From: Amoebophrya sp. A120
Taxonomy: Eukaryota > Protista > Dinoflagellata
DNA: 64,000 nucleotides
Assembly (NCBI GenBank): GCA_905178155.1
Contig: CAJINV010000003.1
Location: 3,317,600-3,381,599, forward strand
Direction: 5' to 3'
Position numbers and translations under genes: made by a program
Part shown: positions 1-12,535 of the stretch, in pieces
How the letters are laid out: every line of letters begins with the position of its first letter
Position numbering within the stretch: position 1 is the stretch's first letter
The notes under the pieces: generated by a model
Told to the model about the DNA's origin: nothing
Database searches by the model: none
Seen by the model: only the letters and a program-made list of their open reading frames with translations

Positions 1-699
1 GGCCACGCCGGTGTCGGGCCCTGGCCACGCCGGTGCCCGACCATGCCCGCCCCCCGCCGCCAGATCGCGGCCCCGCCGGCGCCAGCATGCAAGATGACGG
101 CAGCGGGCAACCTGCCCGCCGCGCCGGCCGGCGCCGGATCGATCGCGCCAAAGCCGTTCCGGCGCTTTGAAAATCGCCGGCAGATGGGCCTGCCTGTGCT
201 GAAGCGCCGACAACGATTCTCCACAGAGAGACGCTGAGTGCTACTATTCATCTAGCGGAATACTATTAAGTCTGCAGGTTACTGAACACGGGAAGCGGGA
301 GAAGGCTAGTTGTAGCATGGGATACGTTTAGTATATAAATATTTCTCAGCTATCTTGGTTCATCTCCGTGCCGCATCCGCTCCCTTATGGGAAGAGGAAT
401 TTGAATTTGTTTTGCTTGACTAGAAACCGCCTTGAAATGTGATTTGTACCCCTTGGCTACTAGTGTTCATTTGAAATTCCGAAAACTTTTTTCCGTTACT
501 GTACGACCCAAAATAATACAATTTGAACCTCTGCTGGTGCTAAAATTCGTACAGCAACCGGAAAATAATTCAATCGAAACGGTTAGAGTCTTGGTTAACA
601 GCATCTACTGGGTGCTGCAGGCACACAGATACGCCCCCCAGATTCGCGGCCGATCAGCTGCAGCCACCGCATGGAAAATGTTGACAGATTGATAGATCT

Positions 700-1148
700 T
701 GTAATTCTATCGATAGGGTTGATTTCGTGCAATATTCATCAGAGTGCAGCACACGTGCAGCACACACAGCTCGTTGTCGAAAAAGAAGCTCATATTCTTG
801 CCGCTAGTACTTACAAATTTTCTCAACCACAAAATGACTGTCAGCACGCAGCAAGTGGTCGCTACGGAGATCATTGTGCTGCGATGTGGTCCTGTACACG
901 ACTATTCGGCGAATGCATTCTGTACTTCTTTGCTCTACTGCCTCTACGAAAATCATGAGATGTTGCAAAAATGTTTTTCATATAATTCTCTGGCACGGAT
1001 TTTTTATTGCGCTGACAATGCGGCGAAGAAGAGAAATCTCTTACCTGCCACGTGGAAGATAGATCTAGCATATGCGAAGAGGTTCCGGCTCCTTCCCATT
1101 GAATATTTGTTTTTTTGGTACTGCTTCAACTTCTCTCGAGGTCATTAG
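700..1148 (+). pseudogene. Possible degenerate DDE (Sola2-like) transposase relic
   Basis: Frameshifted pieces read ILSIG/FDFVQY ... IIVLRCGPVHDYSANAFC ... RIFYCADNAAKKRN ... IEYLFFW ... SRGH. The spacing recalls the DF-xE-NY / HD / SDxAxxQxKN / WxFFxxxHGK blocks of eukaryotic DDE transposases. It is the only plausible + strand coding relic; similarity judged by eye. Confidence 0.25.
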
Positions 1149-1538
1149 GAGAGCGTGGCGCGCTCTCGATTTGCGTAAGAAATGACTCACCTGCGTGCCA
1201 ATGCCACAGGCACAGGCTCAGTGCGTAAGACGTAAGAAAAATAAAAAAGACTTGAGAAATATCAATGCCAGGGACAGAGGGTGTCAGCCCTGGTTCGTTG
1301 ATATTTTCAGCAACATCTGGTGGGTGCTAGTTGGCTAGAAAACCTTTTTTGGAAAATCTCTACAGATCTACTGCTGCTGGTAGTAAGTATATTGGAAACA
1401 AAAAAAAGCAGCCAGTAGATCAGCGGCGGGTGCAAGTGGGGCGTTGGACGTTCTCTATTATAATTCTGGTTTAAGTTTTCTTTATTGCATATTCTACTTC
1501 CCCTTCTTGTTGCACCGTGTCCTCCTGTAAAAATCAAT

Positions 1539-4412
1539 TTACGTTGTCGCCGCCGCCATCTTTTTGGTGACTTGGGATTTCAAGTACTTCTTGTACGACT
1601 GAATGTCCCCCTCCCAGGGCTTGACGGTTTTGTTGTCGCAGACCCAGATCGCCTTGGCCACCTGGCCGATGAGGCGGAAGTCGTGACTGACGAGCACCAG
1701 ACCCCCGCTGTAGGCGTTGATCGCCTCGGCCAAGGAGTCGATGCACTGCATGTCCAAGTGGTTGGTCGGTTCGTCCAACAGCAGGATGTGGGGGTTGGTC
1801 AGCGAGATCATCACGAACACCACCCGGGTTCGGTACCCGTGGCTCATCGTCTTCATCTGCCGCGTCTGCGTGTTCCCCGTGATGCCGAACTTGCCCAACG
1901 TGCGGCGCCAGTCGTCCACGTCCTGCTTGACCAGGCCCTTTTCGTTGATGATCCCGTTCGGGTACAACTCCTGGAAGAAGTCGAGGGGCGACTTTTCCAA
2001 GTCCAAAATCTCCTCACTGTGCTGGTTGTACTGACCAATGCGCAGGTGCCCGTGTCGCTTCACGTCACCCTCGCAGGGCTCGAGTTCCTTTCGCATCAGC
2101 TTGAGAAGGGTGGACTTTCCGGCACCGTTCGGCCCGACCAGGGCGATGCGGGAATCCAAGTCGACCCCGAAGTTTAGGCCGTCATACAGGTAGTCCTGGT
2201 TTCGGTTCATGATTCACTTTGATTATTGGCTACATAGTACATACTACCTGTTCAAGCTATCAAGTGATAATTGACGATCTTCCCATGGAAACAAGAACAA
2301 CTCAAATCAAGAACAATTGGTCAAATTGCACGAAGAACAATTGGTCGTCTTCGAGTACAACGACCACAGGCCTTTTCGCCTTCGGCTTAGTAGAATTTCT
2401 AGCCTAAGTATAAGCAAGCAGTTGTTCCGCTAAAAAATACCTGTCGCTTCCCGGAGTATGAGAACGAGACGTCTTCAAACGCCAGGACTGGGGGTGGGAG
2501 TTTTTCCGAATTCGGGAAGCGGAAGACGTACTGCGGGTCTGCAACCGGCTTCTCGGTGAGTCCCGCCTCGGTCATTTTGTCAATGATCTTCTGCTTACTA
2601 TCCGCCTGTTTGCGCAGGTTCGCGTAGGTACCGCAAGACCGAATGAAATCCTGCAAGTGCTTAATGTCGTCCTGCTCCTTCTTGTACTTTGTCATCTGGT
2701 TCTTCTCGAACTCCGTGCGCGTTTTCACGTACATGCTGTAGTTTCCGCCCCACACCTGCGATCATCGTGTTTCATTTTCATTTTTTTCATTAGCAATACA
2801 CGTATATTTCTTGTTACAGCTGGGACCAGATGAATACCGCATCAGCATAAGAATCTTCACCATTACACCAGTATTACTAAAACGGCATAGATATGGTTCG
2901 TAACCGCACGAAAGATGAGCACAAGGACGAGCTAACTCATCACATAGCACATTTCTACCTTAAGCTTGCCGTCGTGTGTAAGTTGCATGATGTTCGTGCA
3001 GACATTGTCCAGGAAATCCTCTGAGTGCGACACAAAAAGGATTGTGTTGGGATAATTTGCCAAGTAGTCTTCCAGCCAGACGCAGGCACCTAAGTTTTTT
3101 TTTTTCGCTTTGTTGATCGATACAGTGGAATGAATTGCAATATCTCTCGTCTTCACACCTTTTTTAGTCGTACAAGTAGCACGTCATGAACATGATCACG
3201 GAGCATCTTCATGATTAAAGGCGGGGCTTTTTTTGTGTTCAATCATCTCCAGAAGCTCATTTTAATACCTAAATCCAAGTGGTTTGTGGGTTCGTCCAAG
3301 ATCAACAGCGTCGGTTCCACGAAAAGTGCCTGTGCCAACGACACGCGCATTCGCCAACCACCAGACATATCCTTTGTGGCGCGGCTCATCATGGATTTCG
3401 TGAATCCCAGACCGTGCAAGAGTTCCGCGGCTTTGCTATCAAAGGTGTGCGGGTCCATCTTATCCAGCTTTTCTCCGATCTGATCCAGAAGGTGCGCGTT
3501 GCCCTCCGGATCCTCTTCCAGGAGCGTCATGGTCAAGGCTTCTAACCTGTGATTTAATATGTCGTATCAAGATGGGTCGTGGAACGCCTGCATCGAGAGA
3601 AACACGAATCCTCAGGAAAAACGTATATAGCAGAATCATATTCATTCCGATTCATGCATCAACAGACTGAATCTCAATTATCGATACAATTCGCAACAAG
3701 CTTCTGATCGGAAAGCGGGGCACGCGAAGATTTACATTTACTAGACGGACACGGACACGGGACACGGCGAAAGCGAAAATAATATATAAAGAACTTGTAC
3801 CTGGCGTGTTCCTTTTTTGCTTTATCTGTCACCGCCTCAATGGCGTTCATGTCGCTTGGGGGTGCCTCGCAGTCGAGAAACCACATATCAATGACATCCG
3901 GAACGGGGACTTCCTTTGCTGCGATCGCAGCTAGGATGGTGGACTTTCCGCTCCCGTTCTGCCCAATTAGACCGTACTTTCGGCCGAAGTTCAACTCCAA
4001 AGTTGTGTCAGCAACCTGTTTATTCAGCAATTTTGATGTTGAGCTACAGGACAGCAACCGTACTCTTTAGCAAGAAGAACAAGTAGATGTTGGCCTATGA
4101 AATTAAAATTCCCTACTTCCGGCCGCCAATAGATATCATGGCCAACAAACACGTCGAAAGCGCCACCTTCAAGATCCTATTGAATTTTTTTACCAGCTGC
4201 TTTCCGAAAGTGGCGACCGAGAATTCGGAAATTTTCAAGTCTCTGCTGTCCGCGCGGGACGCCAGGTTTCCTGTGACGACGGCCTGCTGAAGTACTGCTG
4301 ATTTGAAGTCCTTGGAACTGTCTTCGTTGACGGCGTTTTTCTTTTTCTCCTCCTCCAGTTTGGCCATGCGCTCCTTGGCCTTCTTGGAGAGATTCTTCAC
4401 TTTCGGCGCCAT
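1539..4412 (-). CDS. ABCF2: ABC-F family translation-associated ATPase (ABCF2-like), 6 exons
   Basis: Two NBDs (GQNGSGKST/MSGGWRMR/LILDEPTNHLD and GPNGAGKST/LLLDEPTNHLD/SHD) and no TM domain. Exons 4412-4194, 4015-3801, 3546-3269, 3089-2959, 2755-2441, 2195-1539, joined in frame by five GT-AG introns. Confidence 0.93.
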
Positions 4413-5568
4413 TTTCGAAAAATTATTGGCGACTCGTCTAGATCTACACTTCCCGGAAAATAATGAACAAACTCACTAGCAAATAAAGAACAACCACAGG
4501 CTGCAAACGCTGCAAAGTAGATGTCGATAAATATACGCAAGGAATGCAAGAGAAGTAAATGTGGTGGAATTTCCTATGTATAAATGAATGTAGGCAAAAA
4601 AGCAGATGCAGCAGCGCTGAAAAAGGTTTTTTTTGGGAAGAATTCGATGAATATGTTGGTCGTGGTATTAGGTCAGGAATGCGATATTCACGTTGTTTGT
4701 AATTCACCCTTCTGTGAATCGCGTCAACGGAAGTCAACTCAAACAATTGCTGATCAGCTCCAAAATGACAGAAACATGGGTTGGAATTCCATTCTATTTG
4801 TGCGCAAATTCAATTGTTGCAAAAGAAAATTTTGAGATCAATGTTCGGGGCCTTGCCTAAATTTATGGAACCTTGGCTGTCAAAATGGCTTTGGTTATTC
4901 AAAATTTATTGATCGTGAGCATCAGCATCTCTTGTAATTCTACAACCGTCTATTCTGATTTGAATCTGAACAGCGTGCTCTTGTCTTTGCGCAATCCTTG
5001 AGTCTTGTCGTGTGGAGCCTTTCACTCAACAAGAGTATTCAAATCTGTGACCGAGTGAGCCGTGTCCGTCGTGACACTCCACATCAAGACCATTACTGAT
5101 TCAAAATTTGCAATTCTGTAGACCGTTCCTGGTGCACAAAAACACAAAAAATACTTTGCAGAAAGGAGCACGGATGTCGTAGTATGTATCACTCTTGCAG
5201 CAACTTTTTTCTTTAATGTCACATCAACAGCAACTGAGCAATCAAAAGTGTGCGCTTTCATGCGCTTACAGTGGCAGGCTTTTTTAGCTTACTATTCTTT
5301 TTTACACTACATCAGGAATGCGCATGTGCGGATCTGCGAGCAGGTCAAAGCTTAGTCATGCGAATGTCTGCTCAGAAAGCTGTGAAGCATTCGTGCCGGC
5401 ACTGTAAATTCAAGCTGCAGCTCTGCATTCAAAAAATCAAATTGCAGCCGAAGCGTCGCGGTCCCACTGAGAAATCAATTCCGTCAATGTTCTCGCCGGC
5501 GCCTCAGCTTCGCACTGGATAGTAATACGTGCTGCTAGGTACCGCCACGCAACTGCAATTATACGGAG

Positions 5569-7037
5569 CTATTGCACAGCAGCTACTTGCGCCGGTCTTG
5601 ATACCACGAGTGGCACCCTGCGGGCGTCCCGCGACGGCGCGACTGGATTATCCATTTCTAGGTCGAGCGAGTCTAGGTTATAGCTGCCCGTAGAGTCTGC
5701 GGTCGTCGAGATTGTGGTCTGTTCGGCCTTTTCAAGCGCCGCCTTCTGCTCCATCTCCGCGATTTCTTCCGGTCCCATCAGAGACCGGATTTTTATGGTG
5801 TTGAAGTACAGCATCTGGCCCAACACGATGAACACGAATCCGAAGGGCTGGACCCAGAAGGGCAGCGTATCGTACGCGAACACGCGCCACCCGAACGCAA
5901 GTTCGGCGCCCCAAACGAGAATCGTTCGACTCGAATCCAGGGCCGAGCGGGCCATGGCCGAAATGTTTTTCGTGATTTTCTGCCCGCAAACGTTGAAGAC
6001 CGCGATGGAGCAGGCGAGCAAGACGCAAGCGGAGGCTGCCTGCTTTGAGTGCGTAATGTCGTATATCGCGTCTTTCACATTATCCACGCGGAGCAATTGT
6101 GCGACGGTTAAAATTACGACGCCAAAGGTGATCCCTGAAAAGGTTCTTTTTTGTTTTCGCGATTCATTTATGGGGGTCCATAGGATACGCAGCAGGAGGT
6201 GGGAGGTTCTAGAATGAATAAGTGAAGAAATAACCCGCCACAAATAAAATAGGAGCTGTACCGCATCCCCCCTCTATTCCCACAGCTTGCAGCGGCTCGA
6301 TGTTTTTGATTCGCTTGAAGATAAATTCCTCACTGGTCATGATCCCACTCGCGAACATTTGTGCCGTGATGCAGATGCAGACGCCGACTAGTGGGTTTTT
6401 GCCTTTCCCGGTCGTGGAGCTTCCGCCCTGCAGGATACTGGACAGCGCTACCAGGAAAATACCCACTAAGACACTCCCGACGCCGACGAAGTGGTGGGCG
6501 TAAAGCTTGTTTTTCAAAACGAAAACCGAGATCAGACACACGAAGATGATCAAGCTGCCCCGGAGCATTTGCACGACGGAAGCGGGCAGGTAAGTGTAGG
6601 AAATGTATACCATGGTACTGCTCGCCCAGTCGAAACAACCTGCAGAATGAATTTTTATCTTCCAAATCGGTGCCGGCACGACCGGAGCGCAACCAACAAA
6701 AGATGGCAAGGCAGACAAGAAAAAAATTGTATGTAGTCATGTAGAAGAAAACTTCAGCAAGCTTACATGGTATCGCAAACAGGAGGGTTTCTCGTCGCCA
6801 TGGACTGATCGTGACGCCAGTTCTCCTCGATTTTGTGATCAAATGTTTTAGTGTAAACACCGCCAGACAGCTCGCTTCACCCAAAAACATGACCCAGCAC
6901 TGCACAAACGGATGGTCGAATTTGTTGCCGTCAATTCGTATGCTGTCCATCCATGATGCTATGAGTGTATTCCCCGCCCCGCTCAATAGAAAGAGCAGGA
7001 GGACCGGAAGCAGCGACGCTAGGGATACGCTCGCCAT
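5569..7037 (-). CDS. SLC35F6-like drug/metabolite (nucleotide-sugar) transporter, 3 exons
   Basis: Motifs FDHPFVQCWVMFLGEASCL, ASVVQMLRGSLIIF, EEF..K, PLQAVGIEG, ITKNISAMARSALDSSRTILVW; many TM segments. Two GT-AG introns (~6766-6640 and ~6261-6135). Confidence 0.85.
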
Positions 7038-7887
7038 CCTGCTGCAACCCACTTATCGTGCGAAGGGGCGAGGAAGACGAGGCTTGCAGTACACGGAGTG
7101 AACGAATTAAGTCCGCACCTACACCCAGGCGATTAGAGGCGTATGTGGGGCACCACATGTTGCGCGGCCTTGGCGTCGGTGTCAGGGGCGCAGACCTCCC
7201 CCGCTCCGTGCAGAAGCTTGGACATGCCGGCTAACTATTAAGAAAGTTTATGCTTATGGCTTCAATATTATCGCTATTCTCCTCCAAGAAAAAATTGAGG
7301 ACGTCCATGGGAACCGATGGTAACAAACTGTACGACCGCGGCAAACAAGTCGCGGTCCACGTAAGTAGTTATCTCTCTGGGAAGACTCCGCCTTATCGAT
7401 ATAGTTTTACTTTTACGCGAACGAATGCAACTATGTCACCATATTATTGGGGATCTAGCGTTTTTTCTTGGACTTTCGGGATGAACACAGTACGAGCGAC
7501 ACAAGGAAGGCTACAAAAACCCGCTGGACGGCAGGGCTCTGAGAATTAACATATTCTGCTGCGTCATGTCTTACTACTCTTGGCATGTACTTATGCGTCA
7601 TGAACAAAGTCAACTATGTTCTTTCATTCAAGAGCAGCCTCCACCGCGGCGAGTGGAGCTGTCTTGTTCGCTGCTAGTTTTGATATGGAAAGTTTTACAA
7701 GGAGGCTATTTTGCGCTAGCCATGGCTATTAATTTAGGTTCACTGTTTTCCGTTTTGAGTTTGATATAAGTGGTTTTCTTGCTTCAACAAAAACATGCTT
7801 TTGCTTGCACGGGCCTGAGAAGAAGTTCTCAAGTTTTAATATGAAAAAAAAGAACCGAATAGAGCGAGACTCTGAGGCGCGAAGCGA

Positions 7888-9730
7888 CTAAAAATTGTGG
7901 TCGTTATCGCGCGGAATATCGCTGTCGTCCGACTGCTCCACAATGTCGTCGGATCCAGATATGCTGAGCGGATGGTCACTGCCCCTGTGAAGTTCGAAGC
8001 ATAGCATGCAACCGGGACAGGTATCAAATGCATCCAAATTACGAAATGCACATCCAGCGCAATAAACAGTCAATCACAATGGAATGATGTGGCGTATGGC
8101 AAAAAAGTGAATTGTTGTACTCGCTTTTCCCGACGGAGATGGCTTCGGAGCTGCCATCGTCGCTCTTTGAATCGCTGCTGCCACCTTCTGAAACAGCGAC
8201 CATGCTGCCTACAACTTGGCTCTTCGCTCGCGGCCTCTCCATGGGCCCCTTCAAGTCCCCATCCTCGTCGCCTGAGCAAAGTGGGGTGATATTCTACTTT
8301 GTAGAAGATGCGCATGCGCAGCACTTCAATTTCAAGATCAGCATCACGACCTAAGGAATAGGTGCCGGCGCATTTTCTTCCTTTATCTTTTGAGGAAAAC
8401 AAGACCAGGCAGTCAGAAGAACCTCTGAGCATGCGCCATTCCTCTTCCCGTAGCCTTTTCTGCAGGCGTTTCAGCTCTCGCGCATTCTGCTCCATGCGTT
8501 CCTCTTCTTCCTTATTCAGCTGATCCAGCTCGTATTCCAAGTAATCAAGATTTCGGAATCGGGCCACGTAGCTCTCGTAGACCTGACGAGAAAGAAGGAG
8601 GTTCAAGAAGACGAAAAAAAGTCTTTGACGTTCATTACGACCACCACGACATGCACAAGGACAAAAAATTACCTTTGCGAGCTCCTCTTCTAGTTTCTCG
8701 TACTCGTCCATGAATGCAGGTCGCACGCTCGTGAGCTGTGCGAGACGAGCAGTGCATCGGTCCAGCTCCTGCTTCTTCTTTTTTATTTTCGTTTCCAAAT
8801 TTTTCTCGTCTTTCGCAAGTTCGTCTACCATCTGTTTCCGCTGCTGCAAACTCTCTATGTTCGTATTCAGGAGCGCTGTTACGGACCTTTCCACCACCTC
8901 TTGTTCCGAATTGCTATCCAAATTCCGCGATATCCCGTCGAGAAACCTTTTTTCAGTCAGCATCGGATTGGGATTGCGTGAGTGTCACTAGGTAGACCAC
9001 GAACGAGAGCAAGTAATAGAGGGCACCTGGAGCTTCTGCAGCTGTCATGTCACAAGTAAGTAGGTACCTGAGCGCTTTGTTTATGTCTTCTCGGTTTGTC
9101 TGCTCCTTTTGTAGCAGGTCGTGCAAGGTTGCTCCGGATTCCACTATGGCTGAGCAGAGTGATCTTGTGGACTTCAAATCGTGAAGCTTTGACGATAGTG
9201 AAAACGCTGACGTGTCCATGTCGGCTTCTTTCGCAAGGTTTCCATTCTGCGTTACCGACTTCTGTGCCTCATACAGCATCTGTGCCACCCTGCAGAGAAC
9301 AAAACGGAGATTTTTGCAGCGCTTTTGAAGGTAGGGAAACGGAAGAAAAAAACAGCGTTGGCATGCAGATGAAGAGTAGTCTTCTATTCTAGCAGTACCA
9401 CTTCAATTTCAGCAAGCTGCAATCCAGCAAGTACCTGAGCAGCTCTTTTACAGCGTACCCGTCCGCACCGTAGAGTTTTCTTGGATTGCATTTTATATTT
9501 GCTTTTTCATAAAGTAAGCGACAACACGTGGTCAGAAAGTGTATTCTGCAGGTCTCGGTCGATATATCGTCTGGTATCGACGAACTGGAGTCCACCCTGT
9601 GCAGCAGCCAATCCAGCAGATCCGCGACCAGCTCGAAGTTCGGCGTGCGGAAATTTTCCATGCTGATGGGCCGATGGTAGCCGAGACTACGCATCATCTC
9701 GCAGAAGTTCCGGAGCTCGCGGTACGACAT
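7888..9730 (-). CDS. CLUAP1: Clusterin-associated protein 1 / IFT38 (IFT-B subunit), 6 exons
   Basis: N-terminus MSYRELRNFCEMMRSLGYHRPISMENFRTPNFELVA, KLYGADGYAVKELL, coiled coil with VRPAFMDEYEKLE and RFRNLDYLE, acidic tail. Five GT-AG introns join in frame. Confidence 0.92.
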
Positions 9731-9837
9731 CTTGTTGCGCAGCTCTGCTCCGTGTAGGCGGTGAAAACGATTTAGATCTTATTCAAGAAATGCTCGCATG
9801 GCCAGTCCCAGTCACCTCTCGCAAGCGCTTGGACGGA

Positions 9838-9902
9838 TTGTCCCTTCTAAGAAGGGACAAGGCACAAATAGGTGAAAGAATCTTTCACCTATTTGTGCCT
9901 TG
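9838..9902. repeat. Two overlapping perfect palindromes
   Basis: ttgtcccttct-a-agaagggacaa (9838-9860, 11-bp arms) overlaps caaggcacaaataggtgaaaga-a-tctttcacctatttgtgccttg (9858-9902, 22-bp arms). Confidence 0.9.
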
Positions 9903-10194
9903 CAGCATGCGCTTCCTTGACCAAGAAAATACAATCGCGACAGTTTGTGGCATCTTCGCTCTTTCAACATTGCGTCTTCTCTCAGATGATGAGCATTCTG
10001 CTCAGATTTACCCGGCTTGCCACCACAGGAGCAGCGTTTCCCTCGCACGGCAGACATTCGAAAAGGAAAAGCGAACGTCTCGGCCCGAGCACTATAATGC
10101 ATTTTTCGCAAATTCATGCTCGGGCGCCCTTTCGTCGCTTGTCTTGCCACTCTCCAGTGCCACGGTCAATGATGATGGCGATTTATTAGTTTGA

Positions 10195-12535
10195 GCGGTG
10201 CTCGGCGCAGCTCCCTCCTCCGACGCGCGGCAGGAATAGCCTGCCCTGATACCCTAGGGGTAACGCCGTTGAATAAGGCCGGGCTTTTTTGTCAATAAAA
10301 AATAAAGAAATAGCCACTCAAGTAAATGGAGCCGGCTTTCTTCGGAGCTCTCTAAACTGTAAACGGAACGAACTGAGAGCCGCCCCACCTTGGCGATTCG
10401 CCTTCGCAGCTTGCGGCTTTTTTGTTTTCCCTTTCCCAGTGTTTTGTTTTTTTCGTTCTGCTTGCGTTCTATTCAAGTTTCTTGTTTCATTCTCTTCGTC
10501 ATAAATAAATCGAAAAGTCGCTCCCAAACACTTACTTCTCATCTATGTAATCACGCTGCATTTCTGTTTATGTCCCTGAAAACTTTGAGCCTTATAAGAT
10601 TCTGCAATGCTATCGCTAGATCAAGCTGCTTCTCTTTCTCGCTAACGTTGGTGCTTCTGAACGTGTTTCGCCTGCTCGCAGTGGGGAGTGGATTATATTC
10701 GTTTCATCGAATCCGCCCCAATGGTTAAAGCAAACTGTTTGCGGTCCTAGCGCAGCTCTACTTGATGACGATCTTCTTTTTATGCCTCAGGGGTCCGGCA
10801 ACTTATTGCTACTTTCCTTCGTTGAACACCAAGATTCAGTCTCCTTATTGCTCAAAGCCTCCGACCCCAGCTACCGGCAGCGTAATGGCGAACAGTTTTC
10901 CTATGTAAGCTTGCAGCCCAAGCTCTCGTCGGAAGAGTCGACGTAGTCGTCGTCCCCTTTTACTTGCTCGGTGTCGCCTTCTTCGCCTTCTTCGTGTGGC
11001 CCTAAAAACAGCCGGGTAGCGACTATGGGGGGACAAGAAAGCCATTGGCAATGAGAGCGGCGTTTTTTTTGGGGCCGCATATTTGGGCACTATTTTTGGA
11101 TTGCGTTGTGGCGCTTCGTTGCGGGCGCCAAGACAAAAGGCATGTCTCGGCGTTTCAGGCCGTTTTTGGGCGCCGCTTTATCTTCCAAACCTGACAAAGG
11201 CGCCGCGGCGCTACGCTTGCAACAGAGTGCCCACACGCATGGGAAGCTGCGACACGGGCGAACCTAAGGAGACAAGACGGCTACTGCGCTGCCCCTGAAT
11301 GACAACCCAACCGCGCGGTCGCCCTACACCCGCGCGGTCGCCCTACAGCTGAATTTGGGCTCCCCTTTTCATTTTCCCGAAAATGTCGAATGCGGGAAAA
11401 GATGCACGACTCGCGGACATCACCAGGCATGAGGGTGCGCGCCAGGGCCGGCCCACGAAAGCCTTGCTTGGGAAAATAGCCCACTCGAAGAGAGAGCGAT
11501 GGCGGGCGAGTATTGTTGCACTTTGGGCCGACAGTGCGGCTGCTCCTGGCCAAAAAACCCAACCGACCGACGGCGCCGTGGTTGGCAAGCTCCCAAAAAG
11601 CGCCGCGGCTAGCTTACGAAAGCGCTTGCAAAGACCTTCCCACTCCGGGCTCGAAAGCCGACGCCGAATGCATGGGGGGAGGAATGAAAAACAGACATAG
11701 GGCCAGGTCCTTTTAGTGAATGTGCGGGAGGCTATGGCAAATATGTGGGGTCACACCAGCCCAAATATTCGGAATCAGTGCGGCATACTGAGCATTTGGG
11801 GAGCGGGAGGGGGGGACCCGCATATTCCCTAAAAGGAAAGCAGCGCCGGCGCCAGCAGCCGACGAGCGAAACGAAGCCAACCTGTGGACGGGGCTCACGA
11901 AGCCCGGCTGCTTTCCAAAAAAGCGAGAGTGCCACAAGTATGCTACGCGCGGCGAGCTGCGCGGCCGACGGAGCAAAAACCAGCATCAGGGCAGGGGCTG
12001 TATACGCACGGGCATGACAGGTCGCGCGGCCGCCCTCCTTTTAGCCCCCGGCCAAGCCGACAAAAGCCCGGCGCCCTTTTGTTTTTCGCGCGGGCGCCGC
12101 AAGCCGTAGCCGCCACGACGGAATCGCCCCAGGAGCTAGAGGCGCACGAAGGGCACTCGGCTGTGATTGCAGGTCGCCGCCGGGAAACTGACGGGAGCCA
12201 CGCAGCGCCATGGGCGCTCAGTTCTTTGCACGGGCGTGGAGTGAGAAAGCGGAAAGGCCGGCACCGCAGGAGCCCGCTGCCGACGCCAATAAATATTCTT
12301 CGTGGGCTTGTTATTGTTTGGCAAACCCACTACATTAGCGGCTCCCGGCTTCGGCCGAAACATCCAGAGCCAGCAGTGTTGCGCGTTCATTTCTCAGGGA
12401 GACACATGCCCCTACCTCCAGCGCAAGCAGTAACATTTTGCGTTTTTAGCTTTCACAAATCCGCGAAACCCAAACCCCCCCTCGAATATGTGGGAAGCCC
12501 CTCACCTCGAATATGTGGGCAATAAAAAAAGGCCG
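10195..12535. mobile_element. Degenerate repeat/TE-like or pseudogenised segment
   Basis: No intact ORF. Stop-riddled coding-like relic on minus (GPHEEGEEGDTEQVKGDDDYVDSSDE; KLFAITLPVAG). Short tandem duplications ccgcgcggtcgccc(c)taca x2 (11311-11348) and cctcgaatatgtggg x2 (12480-12519). The adjacent long ORF runs into it. Confidence 0.35.

Noticed and set aside
1-240. GC-rich start with duplicated ggccacgccggtg and a 64-aa ORF
   Set aside because: Truncated by the window edge; too little to call.
1539-4412. ABC membrane transporter or antibiotic-resistance gene
   Set aside because: No TM domains; intron-containing eukaryotic ABCF2-type soluble ATPase.
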